Shown: piece after piece, positions 20,241 through 25,214 of the stretch
How the letters are laid out: every line of letters begins with the position of its first letter
Position numbering within the stretch: the first letter of the stretch is position 1
Assembly (NCBI GenBank): GCA_041576165.1
Contig: JBFGLM010000059.1
Location: 1 to 25,214, forward strand
Length of the DNA stretch: 25,214 nt
Reading direction: 5' to 3'
Source of the DNA: Acidimicrobiia bacterium
GTDB lineage: Bacteria > Actinomycetota > Acidimicrobiia > Spongiisociales > Spongiisociaceae
Notes under the pieces: model-generated
What the model was told of the DNA's origin: nothing
What the model saw: only the letters and a program-made list of their open reading frames with translations
The model's database searches: none
Translations under genes and position numbers: made by a program

Positions 20241-22373
20241 TCAGGCAGCCGGGCCGAGGTGACCGAGACCGTCGCCCGCCTCGTTGGTGTTGGGCACCCC
20301 GGCATCACCCTGATCCCAGGCCTGGTCGCCCCGCGCCCGGAGTCCCTTGCCGGCAACGCCGCCGATCACATGGACCACGCCGACATCTGCCTTGGGCCCG
20401 ACGTCCTCCAGGGGGACGCCGATGGCAAGGGAGGAGACTCTGATGCCGGAGAAGTCCCCCGAGCTGAGCCACAGCCCGAGCCGGTCCCCGGCTTCGGCCA
20501 CGTTGGCGATGCCTTTGGTCTCTTGCGTCCACACTTGGTTGCCCGACGCAGTCAGACCATCCCCTGAACCGTAGATGACGGTGGCGGAACCGGCGGCGGC
20601 CATGCCGTTCACCGTCTTGCCGGGAACTCCGACGGCCAGATCCTGATAGCCGTCGGCGTCGAAATCCCCCATCGCCAGCGCGCCGCCGAAGAGGTCACCG
20701 TCGACCGAGGCACCCTGCAGCCCGGCTTCTCCCTGGTGAAATTGCTGACTGCCGGCGGCGTCCAGCCCGGCACCGCTGCCGTAGACGATCGTGACGCCGC
20801 CGGCGGCGACCCCGGTGATGCGATCGCCCGGCGCGCCGATTGCGAGATCATCGAGCTCGTCGCCATCGAAGTCGGCCGTCCGCAATGCGACGCCAAACCG
20901 CTCGTCGCTGGCGGCGACTCCCGGCATGCCGGCGGAGTTCTGGGTGAACCTGCGGGCGCCGGCTGCGTCGAGGCCGGACGCCGACCCGGAAACCGCCAGG
21001 ACGGCCCCCGAGTTGGTATTCGTCTTCGAGTCTTCCCTGGGGATACCGACAGCGAGATCGAAGAAGCCGTCTCCGTTGAAGTCCCCGGTTCCGAGAGCGG
21101 CGCCGAAAGCGTCACCCGCTTCGGCTCTGCCGCCCACGCCCGGCGTGTTCTCGTGAAGGGCGTCGCTGGAGCCGTCCAACCCTGAGGCCGAGCCGTACAT
21201 GATGGCCACCATGCCGGCGCCGGCTCTTCCGGCGAGCGCCTCGCCGGGAACCCCGATGGCGACGTCGTCGAACCCGTCACCGTCGAAATCACCGACTGCC
21301 AGCGCCTCCCCGAAGCGGTCGCCCGCCTCTGCAGGCGTCGCCAGGCCGCCCCGAGCCTGGTGCCAGTAGTTGGAGCCGCTTGCCGCCAGCCCGTCGGCCG
21401 AGCCCAGGATCACGTTGATGGCGCCCGCGTTCGCCCGGTCGGCCACCGTCTCCCCAGGCACCCCCACGATGAGATCGTGGTAGCCGTCACCGTTGGTGTC
21501 GCCGCACGCGGTAGCAAACCCGAACTCGTCGCCGGCCTCGGCAACATTGTCCACCCCAGGGGTGCCCTGCGTGATGAGCCGCGCCCCGGTCACATCGAGG
21601 CCGTTCGCACTCCCAAAGAGCACCGTCACGGCGCCGGCGTCCGCCTTGGTGTTGTTGGCAAGATCCTCTCCGGGGGTGCCCATGGCAAGGTCGTCGTAGC
21701 CATCGCCGTTGAAGTCACAGCCCCGGGTGTGGCCGTTGCCCAGCGGGGCGTTCAGCACGGTGGCGGCGTTGAGCGATTCGTATGGGTTGATGACTACCCC
21801 GCCGGGCTGATGCAGCTCGAAATGAAGATGAGGAGCAGTCTCTTCGGCGTTGCCGCTGTCGCCGACCCAGCCGAGCAGTTGGCCGGCTTCGATGCGAGCC
21901 CCGGGTTCGACACCTTCGGCGAATCCCCACCCTTGCCCGTCGTCGGTGCCGGGCGTGTCGTTGTTGAGATGGATGTACCAGGACTCCCAGCCGTCGTCGT
22001 GTTCCAGCTCCATGGCGCAGCATTTGCCGCCGCGCTCGTTGTGCATCCAGCCCACGTATCCGGACGCCACTGCCAGGACCGGAGTCATCTTCGGCTCCAT
22101 GATGTCGATGCCCTCGTGGGTTCGCGGACATGATGGACCGCCCCGGCAGTCGCCGAAGTTGTCCGTGTAGGTCGAGCCGCCCTGGATCGGAAAGTACATG
22201 TCGTAGACGACGAGCTCTTGGGAAACCTGGCGGGGAGCAGTTGGCTCGTCCACTGGCGCCGGATCTGCAACCGATGAGCCTTCGTGTTCCGCAATTGCCG
22301 GCGGCAGCGGGATCAGCATGGCGATCGCTACGAGCAGCCCTACGGCACGCGTTCTAGTTGCGGCGCTACTCAT
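20241..22373 (-). CDS. Secreted M23 peptidase with seven FG-GAP (integrin-alpha-like) repeats
   Basis: Signal peptide; HEGID (HxxxD), YIHLNND, PHLHFE (HxH); seven GDF(N/D)GDGxxDLAxGxP-like repeats; GAGAGG RBS before ATG 22373. Confidence 0.9.
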   Translation of the reverse strand: MSSAATRTRAVGLLVAIAMLIPLPPAIAEHEGSSVADPAPVDEPTAPRQVSQELVVYDMYFPIQGGSTYTDNFGDCRGGPSCPRTHEGIDIMEPKMTPVLAVASGYVGWMHNERGGKCCAMELEHDDGWESWYIHLNNDTPGTDDGQGWGFAEGVEPGARIEAGQLLGWVGDSGNAEETAPHLHFELHQPGGVVINPYESLNAATVLNAPLGNGHTRGCDFNGDGYDDLAMGTPGEDLANNTKADAGAVTVLFGSANGLDVTGARLITQGTPGVDNVAEAGDEFGFATACGDTNGDGYHDLIVGVPGETVADRANAGAINVILGSADGLAASGSNYWHQARGGLATPAEAGDRFGEALAVGDFDGDGFDDVAIGVPGEALAGRAGAGMVAIMYGSASGLDGSSDALHENTPGVGGRAEAGDAFGAALGTGDFNGDGFFDLAVGIPREDSKTNTNSGAVLAVSGSASGLDAAGARRFTQNSAGMPGVAASDERFGVALRTADFDGDELDDLAIGAPGDRITGVAAGGVTIVYGSGAGLDAAGSQQFHQGEAGLQGASVDGDLFGGALAMGDFDADGYQDLAVGVPGKTVNGMAAAGSATVIYGSGDGLTASGNQVWTQETKGIANVAEAGDRLGLWLSSGDFSGIRVSSLAIGVPLEDVGPKADVGVVHVIGGVAGKGLRARGDQAWDQGDAGVPNTNEAGDGLGHLGPAA

Positions 22374-22572
22374 GGATCCTCTCGTGTCGTCTCCGCCGGG
22401 CCGCCGGGCGTAGTGTCCCACCGGACACCGGGCCCGGAACGGCAGGCGGCAAGCCCCTAACCCTTCGCCTTTCGCCCTACATGGGGTTATCGACCGGCAC
22501 ATGCCGCTGACTTGATAATCAACTCGGGTTTAGCTGGACCGCAATGCCCCCCCAAGAGCGGGTTAAGGCGGG

Positions 22573-23589
22573 TTAGCAGTCGAGCTCGAGGACCAGCTGG
22601 CGGTCGGGACCTCTTGCGGCAGCTGGCCGTGGTCGGCGGGCCGCCGGGCGAGACTCCGGACCGCCGAGCTCGCGGACCAGGTCGCCCACGGTGCGCCCCA
22701 GCCAGGCGCGATAGCGCGGCGCCGCTTGTTTGCCCCGGCCCCCGTACAGGTCCTCGTAGAGCGGCAGCAGCTCGGGCCGCTCCCGTCGAATCCAACCCAT
22801 GAAGTGCTCCTTGATGCCGGGCCCGAGGTGCAGCGGGACGTGCCCGATGCCGACGGCGCCTGCCGCGGTGGCGGCTTGCACAGCCGCCCGCAGTTGTTCG
22901 GTGCCGTCGGAGATGCCGGGCAGCACGGGCCCCATCAGTACCCCTGATCGGATTCCGGCATCGTTCAGCCTGGCCACGGCGTCGAGGCGGCGCTGGGGAT
23001 GGGCGGTGCCAGGCTCCGTAGCGCGCCACACCGCCTCGTCGACCGTGCCGACCGAGAAGTCCACCCGAAGCCGGGCCCGGCCCGCCAGGTCGCTCAGCAC
23101 GTCAAGGTCGCGCAGCACCAGCGGAGACTTGGTCAGAATCGACACCGGGTTGGCCCGGTCCGCCATCACCTCGAGGATGCCCCGGGTGAGGCGGTATTTG
23201 CCCTCGGCTGCCTGATACGGGTCTGTGTTGGTACCCATGGCGATCAGGTCGCCACCCCACCGCGCCGGCGCAGTCTCGGCACGCACCAGCTCGACCGCGT
23301 TGCGTTTGACAACGATCTTCGTGTCGAAGTCGGCGCCGAGGTCGAGGCCGAGATACTCGTGAGTGGGCCTAGCGAAACAGTATCGGCAGGCATGGGAGCA
23401 GCCCCGGTAGGCGTTGATGGTGTACGAGAAGCCGAACCGGGGCGGTCCCGGCACGTTGTTGATGATCGACTTAGCGTCTACCTCGAGGAACTGGAGGCCG
23501 CGAAACTCGCCTTTGCCCAGCACGCGCACTCCCGCCGGAAACAGCTCCTGCGTGAATTCGGCGGCAAGCGGCCAGCGCAACTCTCCCAT
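22573..23589 (-). CDS. Rv2578c/SplB-like radical SAM protein (putative DNA repair)
   Basis: INAYRGCSHACRYCFAR (CxxxCxxC), MGTNTDPYQ, ILTKS, PVLPGISD. Confidence 0.9.
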   Translation of the reverse strand: MGELRWPLAAEFTQELFPAGVRVLGKGEFRGLQFLEVDAKSIINNVPGPPRFGFSYTINAYRGCSHACRYCFARPTHEYLGLDLGADFDTKIVVKRNAVELVRAETAPARWGGDLIAMGTNTDPYQAAEGKYRLTRGILEVMADRANPVSILTKSPLVLRDLDVLSDLAGRARLRVDFSVGTVDEAVWRATEPGTAHPQRRLDAVARLNDAGIRSGVLMGPVLPGISDGTEQLRAAVQAATAAGAVGIGHVPLHLGPGIKEHFMGWIRRERPELLPLYEDLYGGRGKQAAPRYRAWLGRTVGDLVRELGGPESRPAARRPRPAAARGPDRQLVLELDC

Positions 23590-23605
23590 TCCCCCGAGAC
23601 CCTAG

Positions 23606-23621
23606 TCGAACATACGTTCGT
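23606..23621. promoter_or_regulatory. LexA (SOS) box
   Basis: TCGAAC-ATAC-GTTCGT matches the actinobacterial TCGAAC-N4-GTTCGA consensus with one mismatch; abuts a TAGGGT -10 box of the radical SAM gene. Confidence 0.85.
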
Positions 23622-23694
23622 ATAGCCAATAATCTCACCCCACCTGGGTCTTTGGGTGAGTACGGTTGAAAGACACCGCGAGGGAGGAGACGGT

Positions 23695-24615
23695 ATGGAC
23701 GGAGTGACTGGGGTACCGCACACACACTTTTCACGACGGCGCTTCATCGGCGGGGTTGGCGCGGCTGCGGCCGTCGGCACGGCTGCCACGATGGCCGGTC
23801 CGGGGGTGGCCCAGGCGGCCGGGAGAGGCAGAGCCCGCGGCCGGGCGCCCGGCTTCAGCGGGAAGCCGGCACCGAATCCAATCCCCCCGGTGGTCGACGG
23901 CGGAGGGCCCCCGCCGTTCGATTTCATTCACTGGCTGCTGCCGGGGCCCGAGGGCGCCACCACCCCGATCCTCGGACTGCCGGGATTCGGTTTGGACGTG
24001 GATCCCAGCCAGATCACCGACTTCAGGGGCTTCAACGCCTACGCGGTCGTCAGCGGGACCGCCAAGGACATGGACGGGAACGATTACGACGTCGAGCTCG
24101 ACGTCCGGGTAATGGACGGCAGGTACATCGGCGTCGACGGAAATGAGCACACCAACACATTTGCCTTCTTCTGATTTGACCTGTTTCTTCCCGGTCAGGG
24201 ACCCGCAGGACAAGTACATGACTTCAACCCGGGAATCCTCCAGAACGGGGTGTTCTGGACGATGGAGATCCCGCCCGGTTCGTTCCAGAGAGCCAGCTCG
24301 GGCAACCGCGCCCACCTGAAGGTCAAGGACCTCCCCATGCCCGATACGTTCTTCTACTCGAACAACGTGTCGGTCGCCGGCTCCATCGACGTCGACGTGA
24401 TGTGGAAGGCGACCGGACCGCACGTCCGGCGTGGCAACGGCCTCGACCCGCAGCACCCCGATGGGTGGGATCGGTTCATCGGTCATTTCGCCGAGGCCGA
24501 GTGCGTGGGCGTGGGTGGTGGCGGCGAGACCGGCTTCACCTTCGAAACCGGCGAGCTGACATCCGCAGGCTTCTACGCCTCACTGGGCCCCGAGCGCAAC
24601 GGGGTATATCTGTAG
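23695..24615 (+). CDS. Tat-exported protein with in-frame UGA (codon 160), candidate selenoprotein, 306 aa
   Basis: GGAGG RBS; twin-arginine signal FSRRRFIGG…AQA; ORFs 23656..24174 and 24250..24615 share one frame with only TGA 24172-24174 between them (TFAFF-U-FDLFLPGQGPAGQVHDFNPG). Confidence 0.78.
24175..24214 (+). promoter_or_regulatory. Putative bacterial SECIS element
   Basis: TTTG-A-CCTG-TTTCT-TCCC[GGTCA]GGGA-CCCG-CAGG-A-CAAG; apical loop starts with GG, 18 nt after UGA. Confidence 0.72.
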
Positions 24616-24638
24616 CCAGTCGACATCAGGGGGAATTC

Positions 24639-24734
24639 GGGAAGGGGAGCGCCATGGCGCTTCCCTTCCCCACGTCCGGGTTAGAGCGGCGGCCGCTCCG
24701 CAGCGCGCCGGAACCCCCGACCTGCGGGGGTTCC
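24639..24734. terminator. Cluster of strong hairpins between the convergent gene and the tRNA remnant
   Basis: GGGAAGGGGAGCGCCATGGCGCTTCCCTTCCC (24639-24670), GAGCGGC-G-GCCGCTC (24684-24698), GGAACCCCCG-ACCTG-CGGGGGTTCC (24710-24734). Confidence 0.6.
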
Positions 24735-24742
24735 CGATTGAG

Positions 24743-24793
24743 CTCCGGGGGTGGGACTCGAACCCACAACCTACGGATTAACAGTCCGGTGCT
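24743..24793 (-). mobile_element. 3' half of tRNA-Asn(GTT), probable att junction of an integrated element lying to the right
   Basis: Reverse complement AGCACCGGACTGTTAATCCGTAGGTTGTGGGTTCGAGTCCCACCCCCGGAG gives the anticodon arm, T arm and 3' acceptor strand; the D arm and 5' acceptor strand are absent. Confidence 0.82.
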
Positions 24794-25214
24794 GGGCTTT
24801 TCGGCGTCGCCTGGGTTTGCACCGCTAGAGCGAAAATCCCCTTGTACGCAGGGGTTTTGCACCTTTCAGCGTCTTTCATTGTCTTGCGATCGATTCGGTC
24901 GTTGCGCGCCCTATCGCGCCCTGAGCGCGCCCCGGACCCAGCCACGTTGTGACCGAATTCTCCAGGGGTCTCCGAATCCTCCAGCCCCGGTCGCCCACCC
25001 AACGTCGCCGGACCACGGTGGGGCTGGTTGTCTCGGCAATGACGTCGGCCATCGCGTTGTCGGAGCCGCTCCTCGATGTGCCTGATTGAGACTGGGGGCA
25101 TGTTGCGGGGTCTTCCCGTAGCGTCGAGGCGCTGATCGGTTGGCTCTTGAAGTGCCTGCCACCCTTTGCGGGTTGGCTTTCTAACGAGGTGCCTACCGGT
25201 TGGTGTTCTCGGCC

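Noticed and set aside
22374-22572. Riboswitch or sigma28-type promoter upstream of the M23 peptidase
   Set aside because: No c-di-AMP or c-di-GMP consensus recognised, and the TCAAG…GTCGATAA spacing does not fit
24743-24815. Intact tRNA-Asn gene
   Set aside because: No D arm or complementary 5' acceptor strand upstream of the anticodon arm

Overview
High-GC actinobacterial chromosome segment, possibly Acidimicrobiia-like (inferred from furA-katG, an actinobacterial LexA box, F420-dependent reductases and many leaderless starts). From left to right it holds a MarR-controlled divergent redox module, a collapsed ABC-2 transporter remnant, tRNA-Ile2(CAT) with a duplicated 5' end and promoter, an App1-type phosphatase, and several oxidoreductases. 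Then come furA-katG, an interrupted SMI1/KNR4-like gene, an ArsR regulator, M15 and M23/FG-GAP peptidases, a frameshifted MgtC, a thioesterase, trmL, an SOS-boxed Rv2578c-like radical SAM gene and a 3'-half tRNA-Asn att scar at the right edge. The most notable signal is 23695..24615, which the ORF track splits into two ORFs. It reads as one Tat-exported 306-aa protein with an in-frame UGA (codon 160) followed at once by a hairpin matching the bacterial SECIS consensus, making it a candidate selenoprotein of a family I do not recognise.
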